From Candidatus Nitrosopolaris wilkensis (GTDB lineage Archaea; Thermoproteota; Nitrososphaeria; Nitrososphaerales; Nitrososphaeraceae), in the NCBI GenBank assembly GCA_003176995.1, contig QHBN01000123.1:11569-75568 (forward strand): DNA of 64,000 nucleotides. The letters run 5' to 3'. The position numbers and the translations under genes were made by a program. The notes below the pieces were generated by a model that was not told the DNA's origin, ran no database searches, and saw nothing but the letters and a program-made list of their open reading frames with translations. Shown here piece by piece: positions 50,220 through 60,339 of this stretch. Position 1 is the stretch's first letter, and every line of letters starts with the position of its first letter.

Positions 50220-51261
50220 AGAGATAATTGTTAGTCCAACTGTTGCTAAATCTAAGTTAGATGCTTTTTTGTCGGAGTTAAAGGATGTTAGAATTCTCAA
50301 TATCGATCCGAAGTTGGCTCCCGGGAGCGGATTCAAAACCATTTTTGAATCGAATGATGCAGACATGATTATTTGTAAAACAATAGATGAATTTAGGAAT
50401 GCAAAGTCGACTGATAAGGTTCCTGGCTTTTCCAAAAAAGTCTTCAGTAATGAAGATCTTGAAGAAGTGATATTGATGTCCACACTAGGCGCAGAGTTTG
50501 TCATAGTTGACGCTCCTAACTGGAAGATCATTCCCTTGGAAAATATAATCTCCAAACTACATAAATCGGGAACCAAGGTTTATACTCTCGCTAAAAATCC
50601 GAGTGAAGTAAGAACGATGTTTGAAATTTTGGAATTGGGGGTTGATGGTGTTATACTTTCGACCGACAATCCGAAGGAAGTTGAAGTATCACGACAGTAC
50701 CTTGATAATCCAGTTTTTACTATTAGACCTGTCAAAGTTTTAGAGGTGAGAGAGGTTGGTAGCGGTGAAAGAGTCTGTGTAGATACTGCATCCCTGCTTA
50801 CCACAGGCGAAGGCATGCTCATTGGAAGCAGATCTAACTTTATGTTCTTAATACACAATGAATCAGAAGGATCTGCATTTACATCGCCCAGGCCATTCAG
50901 GATAAACGCAGGCGCGATTTACTGCTACACAATAATCCCAGGTGGTAAGACCAAATATCTCTCCGAGATCGAATCTGGCACTGAGGTCCTCATAGTGAAT
51001 AAAGAGGGGAAGACTAGACGCGTAACGGTGGGAAGATCAAAAATAGAAACTCGGCCTCTGAAATTGGTTAGAGGAGAGATCAATGGAGAGGTCGGAACTA
51101 TAATATTGCAGAATGCGGAAACAATAACTTTTATGACTAGTGATGCCAAACTGATACCTGTCACCGAGGTAAAAGTCGGCGATGAGATACTCGGCTTCAT
51201 AAACCCTAAGACTGGACGTCATTTTGGAATAGAAGTTGACGAGTATATCATTGAGAAATGA
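50200..51261 (+). CDS. aroB': 3-dehydroquinate synthase II
   Basis: WKIIPLEN, G.RVCVDT, RPFR.NAG, GR.KIE.RP, QNAET, GRHFG. Confidence 0.93.
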   Translation: MTNTKTKEIIVSPTVAKSKLDAFLSELKDVRILNIDPKLAPGSGFKTIFESNDADMIICKTIDEFRNAKSTDKVPGFSKKVFSNEDLEEVILMSTLGAEFVIVDAPNWKIIPLENIISKLHKSGTKVYTLAKNPSEVRTMFEILELGVDGVILSTDNPKEVEVSRQYLDNPVFTIRPVKVLEVREVGSGERVCVDTASLLTTGEGMLIGSRSNFMFLIHNESEGSAFTSPRPFRINAGAIYCYTIIPGGKTKYLSEIESGTEVLIVNKEGKTRRVTVGRSKIETRPLKLVRGEINGEVGTIILQNAETITFMTSDAKLIPVTEVKVGDEILGFINPKTGRHFGIEVDEYIIEK

Positions 51262-51357
51262 GTACAATAGTAACTATATGCAGGAAATATTTTTTTAATC
51301 GGAAAGTCGATTATTTTAAAGCATTCGGAATATGGACAAATCAATAATATATCATTG

Positions 51358-52236
51358 ATGCAGGTACAGCAAAATATTGTTAATGTAATAATTGGTGGCA
51401 ACTGTAAAGAAGTATTGAAGAGAATTTCTCCACATTCGGTACAATTGACCATAACCTCACCCCCATATAGAAATGCAATTGATTACGAAATGCATGCCTC
51501 TGGAAACGGGGGATATTATCGTGGCAGGTCTAATATTGAAACAAGCGATTATCTTGATGAAATGGTAGAGATTTTTAATGATAAGGTCTATAAAGTAACC
51601 AAAGAGGGGGGTTACTGTTGTATTATTATCGCGAACGAAGTAGTCAATGGGACGATTCTGCCGTTACCGCATATCCTATTATCCAGACTGGTTCAACCCT
51701 CCGGTCAATGGAATCTTCATGAGGAGATTATTTGGCATAAGGTGACCGGTGGTACTAACAGATATGGCTCTTTTGTAATCAATCCATATCCAAAGTATTA
51801 TAGAGCTAATATTATGCACGAATTCATTCTGGTATTAAGGAAAGGAAACGTGAAGACTGGCAGAACGCAACGCGACGAGACACTTCCGGCAACGCACGAG
51901 GAGTGGACAAAGGAGATTGCCAATTCCGTTTGGCATATTGCACCTGTACCTCCAGGATACATAACGCATCCATGTCCATTTCCGGAAGAAATACCGTACA
52001 GACTTATGAAGCTATACTCTTACGAGGGAGACACGGTTCTCGATCCCTTCAATGGCAGCGGCCAGACCACAAAGGTGGCATCACACTTAAATCGACGGTA
52101 CATAGGAATAGAAATAGTGAACGAATACATACAACTAGCAATCGCGAGACTTGCGGAGGAACAACTGCATATAAGATCTGAAGCGCTGATTGCAAACTGG
52201 AAAAAAATTCCGTCTCATTGCTCAAATAAGCTATAG
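51358..52236 (+). CDS. Orphan N4-cytosine/N6-adenine DNA methyltransferase (beta class)
   Basis: TSPPY catalytic motif before IIWHK, HP.PFP and VLDPFNGSGQT SAM motif. Confidence 0.9.
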   Translation: MQVQQNIVNVIIGGNCKEVLKRISPHSVQLTITSPPYRNAIDYEMHASGNGGYYRGRSNIETSDYLDEMVEIFNDKVYKVTKEGGYCCIIIANEVVNGTILPLPHILLSRLVQPSGQWNLHEEIIWHKVTGGTNRYGSFVINPYPKYYRANIMHEFILVLRKGNVKTGRTQRDETLPATHEEWTKEIANSVWHIAPVPPGYITHPCPFPEEIPYRLMKLYSYEGDTVLDPFNGSGQTTKVASHLNRRYIGIEIVNEYIQLAIARLAEEQLHIRSEALIANWKKIPSHCSNKL

Positions 52237-52284
52237 CGTTATCATCTTTAATTATCTGTTGGTGGTATAATAACCTGATAGGAA

Positions 52285-52434
52285 ATGGCGGCTTCTACCT
52301 CATCGAAAATTAAGTCTCCAAAATCACACCGCTGCAGTCGGTGTGGACGAGTATTCGACAGCATGGAGGCTTTGAGTGCACATGAACGGATGGAACACGA
52401 CAAATCAAGTCACCCCCCAGCGGGAGTCGGTTAG
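52285..52434 (+). CDS. C2H2 zinc-finger microprotein (49 aa), below the ORF-track cutoff
   Basis: MAASTSSKIKSPKSHRCSRCGRVFDSMEALSAHERMEHDKSSHPPAGVG*; TATA-like TATAATA about 20 nt upstream. Confidence 0.8.
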   Translation: MAASTSSKIKSPKSHRCSRCGRVFDSMEALSAHERMEHDKSSHPPAGVG

Positions 52435-52462
52435 CGATCAATAGGTAGAAGATGATTTATCA

Positions 52463-53170
52463 TTGACTAAGATTTGTGCATCGATAGCGTCGCCAACGCC
52501 TGAAGACCTAAAGAAGCAAATCAAACGAGCCTTTACCCTCGGGGCAGACTTCGTCGAAATTCGATTCGATTTTTTGATGTTGGCAGATATGCAAGAAGCT
52601 TTAGAGATTGTGAAAGGCATAAGAAAGAGGGCGGTTTTCACTCTCAGGTCGGCGCAACAGAAAGGCAAATTTACAGGGGCCGATGAAGATCGAATTTTTT
52701 GGTTAAAGAAACTGTCACTATCCAAGCCGCTGCTGCTCGATGTTGAACTCGAGACTTTGCTTGACAACGACGAGTTAGTAGATTTCATTGCTGAACAAGA
52801 AACTCGGATATTAGTTTCTTGGCATGACTTTGAAAAAACGCCGACTAATGACAAACTCATAGATGTTTTAGGGCAAATGAGAATATACAGCAATTACGTG
52901 AAGATCGCTACCGCTGCCCAAAATGTTCACGACTGCATACGACTTCTCGAGCTGTATGACGAAACAACCGAACTAAACTTAATATCATTCGCAATGGGAG
53001 AACTAGGAATTTTATCTCGTATTCTATGTACGATCTATGGAAATGCGCCTTTTACCTATGCTGCCCTAGAAGAAGCAGTTGCCCCAGGTCAACTGACGGT
53101 ACAACAAATGAGAAAGCTATATGATAGGATTGATCTCCGCTCAGGCAAAATCAATGCAAAACTTATTTAA
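52463..53170 (+). CDS. aroD: 3-dehydroquinate dehydratase type I
   Basis: VEIRFD, TLR...G, DVEL, SWHDF..TP, VKIA, MG..G..SR, APGQ. Confidence 0.92.
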   Translation: MTKICASIASPTPEDLKKQIKRAFTLGADFVEIRFDFLMLADMQEALEIVKGIRKRAVFTLRSAQQKGKFTGADEDRIFWLKKLSLSKPLLLDVELETLLDNDELVDFIAEQETRILVSWHDFEKTPTNDKLIDVLGQMRIYSNYVKIATAAQNVHDCIRLLELYDETTELNLISFAMGELGILSRILCTIYGNAPFTYAALEEAVAPGQLTVQQMRKLYDRIDLRSGKINAKLI

Positions 53171-53999
53171 AACCTATTGTATCATCGGAGACCCTATTGA
53201 CCATTCATTATCACCTGCATTGCACAATGCGGCGTTCAAGTCAGTTGGCCTCAACTGTGCCTATATTGCATTTCGAGTACCCAAATGCGAGCTCGAGGTG
53301 TCTCTTGGTTCTCTTCGTGCGACCAACATATCTGGGTTCAATGTTACAATACCGCATAAGGTTGGTATCATACCGTATATCGACGAACTTGATCCTTCTG
53401 CCAAGAAAGCTAACGCAGTTAATACAGTTCACTGCATTGAAGGAACTTTCAAGGGCTATAACACGGATGTCCAAGGCTTCATAGAGCCTCTGCACAAACG
53501 GCGCGTAAGCTTTAACGGAATGAAAATTCTTCTGATAGGGTCTGGGGGGGCAGCACGAGCAATAATTGCTGCCCTCTCGAATGAAAAAGGAATCTCCCAC
53601 ATAATAATCGCAAATAGGACAAAGAAAAAGGCGGATGAAATAATAACAATGGCTTCTAATCTTGGATTAAGTGCTAACTTTACTAGGATGGAGTATTTAG
53701 GAGAACATGCGCTTAAGTCAGATTTAATTATTAATTCCACTCCTAGTGGGATGAATGATGAGCAAAGTATTGTGGATTATGAGCAAATAAGTAAAGACAG
53801 CATTGTTTACGACATTGTGTACTCACCAATGGTAACAAATTTAATTGCACAGGCAAAGAATGCAAAAGCGACAGTCATTTATGGATATGAGATGCTCCTG
53901 GCGCAAGGGTCGAAAGCGTTCGAAATCTGGACAGGGATAACTGCGCCGGTGGAAGCAATGAAAAAAGCTCTCTTCGGTCCTTTCGGTGAACCCTTGTGA
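53154..53999 (+). CDS. aroE: Shikimate dehydrogenase
   Basis: GDPI.HSLSP, NVTIPHK, AVNT, NTD, G.GGAARA, DIVY. Confidence 0.94.
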   Translation: MQNLFKTYCIIGDPIDHSLSPALHNAAFKSVGLNCAYIAFRVPKCELEVSLGSLRATNISGFNVTIPHKVGIIPYIDELDPSAKKANAVNTVHCIEGTFKGYNTDVQGFIEPLHKRRVSFNGMKILLIGSGGAARAIIAALSNEKGISHIIIANRTKKKADEIITMASNLGLSANFTRMEYLGEHALKSDLIINSTPSGMNDEQSIVDYEQISKDSIVYDIVYSPMVTNLIAQAKNAKATVIYGYEMLLAQGSKAFEIWTGITAPVEAMKKALFGPFGEPL

Positions 54000-54850
54000 T
54001 AAAAAAAAGAGTACGCGCAACAGTACACGGCGCAATTTCTATCGTAAATGCACTTGCGACTTGCAGCGGCTCTGCACTAGGAATCTCTCTTAGCGTTACA
54101 GCAGAGGCGGATTTGAGGACCCGGGAAGGCATTCGATCTCAAACAGTTAACGAGAAACTTATACGCAATATAGTTTACAACACAATACCGAAGGAGATCC
54201 TTGCGGAGAACTCAGTTTACATAAGTGTCGAGTCAGAAATTCCTATGGGATTCGGATTGAAAAGTTCTAGCGCTGTATCTGACGCTGTTGCATTGGCTTG
54301 TAGCAAACTTGTTAAAGAGGATATAGAAGACTATGTTGTGTTAGATCGTGCCGTTCTTGCATCACTGGATGCGGGAGTGACTATAACAGGAGCATACGAT
54401 GACTCTTCTGCTTGTTATTTTGGTGGGTTCGTAGTAACGAATAACCGTACACACGAAATAATACATCATCAAGAGGCTCCTCCCAACCTCTATGCGATAA
54501 TCTTCATTCCTAAAGCCACACGAAGAGGTAATATGAGCAAGGTAGACTCAATGTCAGATTTGTTCGGGGCGGCCTTCAAGTTTGCGACGGCCGGCGAATA
54601 TTGGAAGGCCATGAATCTGAACGGTATGCTTCTTTCCACCAGCTTATCTGCAGAATACGAGCCTGTTCTAAAAGCAATACAAGGAGGGGCATTGGCTGCA
54701 AGCATCTCGGGCAATGGCCCGGCTATTGCTGCGGTATCGAATGAAGAAAATATAGAAGATATTAAGGCGGCTTTTGCCAAGTTTAACGGCAGCGTGATTG
54801 TTTCCAAAATCAACAATGAAAAGGCAACGGCGGAAACATTAGTTGGTTAG
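53996..54850 (+). CDS. aroK: Archaeal (GHMP-type) shikimate kinase
   Basis: GAISIVNA, GLKSSSA, TITGAYDD, SGNGP. Confidence 0.93.
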   Translation: MIKKRVRATVHGAISIVNALATCSGSALGISLSVTAEADLRTREGIRSQTVNEKLIRNIVYNTIPKEILAENSVYISVESEIPMGFGLKSSSAVSDAVALACSKLVKEDIEDYVVLDRAVLASLDAGVTITGAYDDSSACYFGGFVVTNNRTHEIIHHQEAPPNLYAIIFIPKATRRGNMSKVDSMSDLFGAAFKFATAGEYWKAMNLNGMLLSTSLSAEYEPVLKAIQGGALAASISGNGPAIAAVSNEENIEDIKAAFAKFNGSVIVSKINNEKATAETLVG

Positions 54851-56141
54851 AATTCTGATCACGAAATCCAGTATTAATGGCACTATAAGATGTCCATCAA
54901 GTAAGAGCTACAGTCATAGGGCAATTGCTATCGCGTCGCTTGCTGACGGAAAGTCTACTATCAAAAATCCTCTGTTTTCTCGCGACACACTTGCAACTAT
55001 TTCAGCTTGCAAGGCCCTCGGAGTCGTAACAAGACAGGATAATTTTGTGGTACATATAAAAGGCAGACATGGTTTTACAGTGCCAGAAAATGTAGTCAAC
55101 GCAGAGAATTCCGGTACGACGATAAGACTAATGACCACGATGTCTGCTCTAGTAAAGAACGGACTCACGGTTCTTACTGGTGACGAAAGTCTTCGTAAGC
55201 GGCCCATGCAGCCTTTGTTGGATTCTCTCAGCAAATTGGGGGTACAAGCGTATTCCACCAAAATCGATGGGACCCCTCCGCTCATAGTTAAAGGTGGCGG
55301 GATAAAGGGAGGAACAACTGATGTAGACGGAAGTGTGTCAAGCCAGTTTGTCTCGTCTCTTCTAATCTCGTGCGTATATGCCGATTCTACCGTTGAAATA
55401 AGAATCAAGGGCGGACAAGTTTCAAAACCGTATATTGAGTCGACGATTGCAACCATGAAAGCATTTGGTGTTACAGTGCATAACGAGGGTTTTAGAGAAT
55501 ATCACCTCCCCTCTGCATCATATAAACCGACCATTTTTGAAGTTCCCAGCGATCTTTCAAGCGCCGCATTAATTCTTACTGCAGGACTTCTGCTAGGTGA
55601 TGAACTGACAATAACTGGGATAAACTTCTGTCTTCCTCAAGCTGATTCAGACATATTGGACATTATTAGGACAATGGATGGAAGAATAAAAGTTAACAGA
55701 CAAAAAGGTGAAGTTCGAGTGTATGGTACAGAACAGTTGCGCGGCGGGGAATTTGACCTTTCTGATACTCCAGATCTTTTGCCGGTTGTATCTGTACTAG
55801 CTCTGAAGGCAAGATCTCCAGTCAAAATAACCGGGATCGGACATGCAAGATTGAAAGAAACAGACAGAGTCGCAAACATCGCCTCGCAGTTAACAAAATT
55901 GGGGGCAACGATTAAGGAAGGAAAAAATGAATTACTAATAATTGCTCCTAAAAATTTGAAAAATGCGTCGCTAGAATCTTTCAACGATCATAGGCTGTTT
56001 ATGGCATTTACTATTGTCGCGATGCTGACAAAAAAATCTACTGTTGCCGGTGTTGAATCAGTTGATGTATCATATCCGAACTTTATTCAAGACGTTATGG
56101 AACTTGGAGGTAACATTAAACCGATGGCGGATCGTGAATGA
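54843..56141 (+). CDS. aroA: EPSP synthase (3-phosphoshikimate 1-carboxyvinyltransferase)
   Basis: PSSKS..HR, NSGTT.R, RPM, SSQF, KETDR, DHR, SYP.F. Confidence 0.95.
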   Translation: MVRILITKSSINGTIRCPSSKSYSHRAIAIASLADGKSTIKNPLFSRDTLATISACKALGVVTRQDNFVVHIKGRHGFTVPENVVNAENSGTTIRLMTTMSALVKNGLTVLTGDESLRKRPMQPLLDSLSKLGVQAYSTKIDGTPPLIVKGGGIKGGTTDVDGSVSSQFVSSLLISCVYADSTVEIRIKGGQVSKPYIESTIATMKAFGVTVHNEGFREYHLPSASYKPTIFEVPSDLSSAALILTAGLLLGDELTITGINFCLPQADSDILDIIRTMDGRIKVNRQKGEVRVYGTEQLRGGEFDLSDTPDLLPVVSVLALKARSPVKITGIGHARLKETDRVANIASQLTKLGATIKEGKNELLIIAPKNLKNASLESFNDHRLFMAFTIVAMLTKKSTVAGVESVDVSYPNFIQDVMELGGNIKPMADRE

Positions 56142-56277
56142 TAATAACTTACACTAGACCCGCTGACCAGAATTTTCTGTATATACTTGGACTGGAGCGC
56201 CAGAGTTCTACATCAGAAATTTAATCTAAAAAAGCCAATATATAGGGAACATGAATAAGATTGCCTGACTACAGTAG

Positions 56278-57378
56278 ATGCCAGGAAATATACTCGGCGA
56301 ACGTTTCGTTACGATGAGTTTCGGCGAGAGTCACGGTAAATGTGTGGGAATGGTGGTTGATGGATGCCCAGCGGGTCTGCCTCTTCATGACTCGGATATT
56401 CAGTCGCAGCTCGACCGCCGAAGACCCGGTACATCTGTGATCACGACCCAGAGAAAAGAAGAGGACAAGGTTGAGATAATATCTGGAATGTATAATGGAT
56501 TTACGAGCGGTGCGCCAATTTGTATGCTAATATGGAATCAGGATCAAGATTCAGGGCCTTATGAATTAATCAAAACAAAACCTCGACCTGGACACGCTGA
56601 TTATCAGGCGATGGTAAAATACGGGGGTTTCGCTGATTATAGGGGAGGTGGGAGATTTTCAGGCAGGTTAACTGCTACTTTGGTAATGGCAGGTTCGGTA
56701 GCTCAGAAATTACTCCAATATTCACTCGGGATTGAGACGACAGCTTATACAAAGGAGATCGGCGGCATCACGGCAGGCTCGATTGATTTGATGGAGGCCA
56801 AAAAGAACAGATACACAAACGACGTAAGATGCCCCGACACCGCGAAAGCAGAAAAAATGAAAGCCGCAATCATGGAAGCGAGGAGAGACGGTGACTCACT
56901 TGGGGGTATTATAGAGTGTATCAGTACAGGACTGCCTGTAGGGCTGGGAGAGCCAATATTTGCATCTTTAGAATCTGACCTCAGCAAGGCTCTCTTCAGC
57001 GTTCCAGCAGTCAAGGCAGTGGAATTTGGGTCCGGTTTCAATGGTACTAAGCGCCGAGGATCGGAAAATAACGACTGCTATACTAAACAAGATGGCAGGA
57101 TAATTACCACTACTAATAACTCTGGTGGTATATTAGGGGGTTTATCAAGTGGGATGCCTCTTGTAATAAAGATCGGTTTCAAGCCAGCGTCATCGATTGC
57201 CAAAACTCAGAGAACTGTCGATCTTTTGACTGGCGCACAAATAGACCTCAATGTTCCAGGGAGACATGATCCGTGTGTTGTTCCGAGAGCACCTCCAATA
57301 ATAGAATGCGTCGTATCAATGGTATTGACTGATCATGCTCTTAGAGGCGGATTTATCCCACCGGTACTAAATAGGTGA
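56278..57378 (+). CDS. aroC: Chorismate synthase
   Basis: FGESHG, RRPG, RPGHAD, GGGR.SGR, GG..GG.S.G, GRHDPC. Confidence 0.96.
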   Translation: MPGNILGERFVTMSFGESHGKCVGMVVDGCPAGLPLHDSDIQSQLDRRRPGTSVITTQRKEEDKVEIISGMYNGFTSGAPICMLIWNQDQDSGPYELIKTKPRPGHADYQAMVKYGGFADYRGGGRFSGRLTATLVMAGSVAQKLLQYSLGIETTAYTKEIGGITAGSIDLMEAKKNRYTNDVRCPDTAKAEKMKAAIMEARRDGDSLGGIIECISTGLPVGLGEPIFASLESDLSKALFSVPAVKAVEFGSGFNGTKRRGSENNDCYTKQDGRIITTTNNSGGILGGLSSGMPLVIKIGFKPASSIAKTQRTVDLLTGAQIDLNVPGRHDPCVVPRAPPIIECVVSMVLTDHALRGGFIPPVLNR

Positions 57379-57390
57379 CCGAAGATTAGC

Positions 57391-58767
57391 ATTCCGGAAG
57401 AATTAGATAGGATTCGATCAGAAATACGCGATATTACTTCCGAGATCATACGAAAAGTGCAAAGGAGAAACGAACTCTCTAAACAAATCGGCGCTATCAA
57501 ACAAAAGCTAAAGATTGATGTCAAGGATGAAAAAGTTGAACAGGATATCCGAACTTTCATCTCAAAACTATCTAATGAAATTGGAATTGACCCAGATTTC
57601 GCTGGGAGACTCTTAAACATCTTATTAGCAGAGTCCCTGAGATTACAGTTGAATGAACATCATGACTCAATTCAATTCGAGAGTCATCTTGCTGTATTCA
57701 TGAAGGCAAAAAAGCTCGAATCCTCGGGGAAAAAAATCATCCACATGGAAGTTGGAGAACCTGATTATCCACCCCCAGAGAGCGTAAGAAAGGCTCTTTC
57801 CGGCGTTTTTGAATCCAGACAATACCACTATAGCGAAACGAAAGGTATAACCAAATTACGTACGTCTATAGCACAAACAATCGGCAATCATGTAACAACT
57901 GATAAAGTGATAGTTACACCAGGCGGTAGGTTCGCCGTTTTTGCTGCAATAACCTCTTTATTAACTGCAGGCGATGAACTGATCTGTATAGAGCCGGCGT
58001 GGCCTGCTTACAGGGAATGTGCCGCGTTTGTTGGTTCAACTACGAACATCTTAAAAACAACCCTAGATGAGGAATGGAGTCCAAATATAAAAAAACTTGA
58101 GAGCATGATCAACGGCAATACTAAAATGATTGCTTTGAACTACCCAAATAATCCTACCGGAAGAATTCTGAATAAAAAGATCATGGAGAAAATTGTGTCC
58201 CTTGCGAAGGATCACAGGATATACGTTCTAAGCGATGAAGTATATCGTGACTATGTCTTTACTGAATTCACTAGTGTCTTGGAATATGGGTACGAGAAGA
58301 GTATCGTAATATCCTCGTTTTCAAAGGGCCATGCGATGACAGGGTTTAGAGTTGGGTACGCTATTGCAGAAGAAAATTTAATTGATAAAATGGCTAAAGT
58401 TCAAGCAACAGCTCTTACCAGTGTTGCCGAACCGATGCAGTACGCTGCGCTGGCTGCGATAGCAGATAGTTCTGCTGAGAATGCGAAACGCATAAAGAGA
58501 CGATTGGAAATAATCTCCGATAAATTACGAGAAATGTCTCTTCGTTTTGTGAGGCCTGATGGTGCAATGTATATCTATCCAGAACTTGGCATTGGGAAAA
58601 GTGACGTAGAATTTGTACAAAAGGCCCTTGATCTGGGAGTTGCCGTTGCACCAGGAAGTGGTTTTGGAGATTGCTACACTCAATTTATTAGAATTTCTGC
58701 ATGCCAGCCCGACGACCAGCTGGAGAAAGGACTGGAATTGTTAAAGGCTGCAATTTGTTCGTGCTAA
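57391..58767 (+). CDS. Chorismate mutase (AroQ)-aspartate/aromatic aminotransferase fusion
   Basis: EELDRIRSEI..I..R..L..IG..K (AroQ helix 1) starts upstream of the track start; then GEPD, NYPNNPTG, DEVY, SFSK..AMTGFRVG. Start inferred at ATT. Confidence 0.85.
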   Translation: MPEELDRIRSEIRDITSEIIRKVQRRNELSKQIGAIKQKLKIDVKDEKVEQDIRTFISKLSNEIGIDPDFAGRLLNILLAESLRLQLNEHHDSIQFESHLAVFMKAKKLESSGKKIIHMEVGEPDYPPPESVRKALSGVFESRQYHYSETKGITKLRTSIAQTIGNHVTTDKVIVTPGGRFAVFAAITSLLTAGDELICIEPAWPAYRECAAFVGSTTNILKTTLDEEWSPNIKKLESMINGNTKMIALNYPNNPTGRILNKKIMEKIVSLAKDHRIYVLSDEVYRDYVFTEFTSVLEYGYEKSIVISSFSKGHAMTGFRVGYAIAEENLIDKMAKVQATALTSVAEPMQYAALAAIADSSAENAKRIKRRLEIISDKLREMSLRFVRPDGAMYIYPELGIGKSDVEFVQKALDLGVAVAPGSGFGDCYTQFIRISACQPDDQLEKGLELLKAAICSC

Positions 58768-58773
58768 TACTAT

Positions 58774-59658
58774 ATGATAAAGAAAATAGCTATCATAGGC
58801 GCTGGGGGTAGAATGGGTACCTGGTTCTCGAAATACTTCTCTCTACGAAAAGGGACAACACTCCTACTCTATGATATTAATGCCTATTCTCTAAAGGGTT
58901 CCGCCAACACAACGGTATTCGAAGACATCGTCCATTGCGTTGATACAGCTGACCTCGTTATGGTCTGCGTACCGATCTCGGAGGTCCCTCATATAATTCA
59001 AGAATGTGCCACAAAAATGAAACCTGGCGCCATACTTGTAGAAATATCGTCAATAAAAAATCGGTCTTATAAAGCGCTCAAAAGAGTTCCTAATCACGTT
59101 AAACCTTTGTGCATCCATCCTATGTTCGGCCCAGCAGCACCCAGTCTTAATCTGATGAAAATAATATTAATACCTGTGAGGAACGAAACCAATGAACTAC
59201 GAATATTAAAAGAACTGTTCGAGGGTTCCGTGGCAAGTATTATCCATGATGCGGAGACTCATGACAGGATTATGTCGATCATACTAGGATTGACGTACTT
59301 CACAAATTTAGTATTCGCATCTTTTGTTTCGAAGCAAGACTACCAGTCATTAAAACAGTTCTCTGGGACGACTTTCAGAATCCAGTCACTTCTGTGTACA
59401 AGTATTTTGCTTGATGAACCTGATTTGATTCTAGCGCTCCTCTCCCAGAATTCGACAGTTCAGAAACAGATTCGAAAATATTTTTTTGAAGCAAAGAAAC
59501 TGGAGAGACTACTATCGGGGCATAATCAATTTAAGATGAAATCAACGCTCGAAAAATTAAGATCTTTTTATCAAGAACAACAAAGTCTAGAGTTGTCATA
59601 TGCCCAGATGTATCGTATAATCTCATATTTGAATAAAAGCGATGGCGGTCTCAATTGA
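58774..59658 (+). CDS. tyrA: Prephenate dehydrogenase
   Basis: IIGAGGRMG, EISS.K, HPMFGP, HD..M...GL. Confidence 0.9.
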   Translation: MIKKIAIIGAGGRMGTWFSKYFSLRKGTTLLLYDINAYSLKGSANTTVFEDIVHCVDTADLVMVCVPISEVPHIIQECATKMKPGAILVEISSIKNRSYKALKRVPNHVKPLCIHPMFGPAAPSLNLMKIILIPVRNETNELRILKELFEGSVASIIHDAETHDRIMSIILGLTYFTNLVFASFVSKQDYQSLKQFSGTTFRIQSLLCTSILLDEPDLILALLSQNSTVQKQIRKYFFEAKKLERLLSGHNQFKMKSTLEKLRSFYQEQQSLELSYAQMYRIISYLNKSDGGLN

Positions 59659-60339
59659 ATATCGGGAGGTTATTGAGCGAAGTTGGACAGCGATATACAT
59701 GTGCATCGGCCAGTCATTTATGGCAAATCGTATGTATGGAATTTCGATTCACAAACATTGCAGACGAAGATAAGGAAGGCTACGCAATTCAACAGTCAGT
59801 CTGGCCCAGATTTACATCAATCCTAACAGCAACAATTCATAAGACGAATCACCAATTGGCAGGCATATTTTACGAAAGTATCGTTAGCGACATTTGATGC
59901 AGATAAAACCCGGTGGTTCAATACGGTTCCGTTGAGAACCGTGCAACATAATCCTTAATCTATATTCGGTTGTCTTAGGTGCCCGTTATGGTGCTGGGGT
60001 GAGTATTTCGATGGTTCCAAGTGAGTTGTTCCTTATACATCTCGGCGCTCCCCGGTAAGAGCCTGTCCTATGGATAAATTTCGGCTAATAGGCTGGATTA
60101 AGAGGGCAAACTAGACCAATGCCCATCCAGCCTTACAGGGCTGTGCGGTAACAAAGCTACTCAAGTACGCTATCGAGCATGCGGCAACTCATAACAATGC
60201 TCAAGGGGAGGGCCTACGTCAGGTTCGTAATTATTAATAATTATACTAACTTGGTACCCCGTGCTCGTCATTACCTGATTGTATGTAAATTAGTAAACCT
60301 AGCAATAATAGCAATAAATACCATTATTACTAACCTGTT

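Noticed and set aside
59655-59897. 80-aa ORF after tyrA
   Set aside because: No recognisable motif; could be real but is unsupported.
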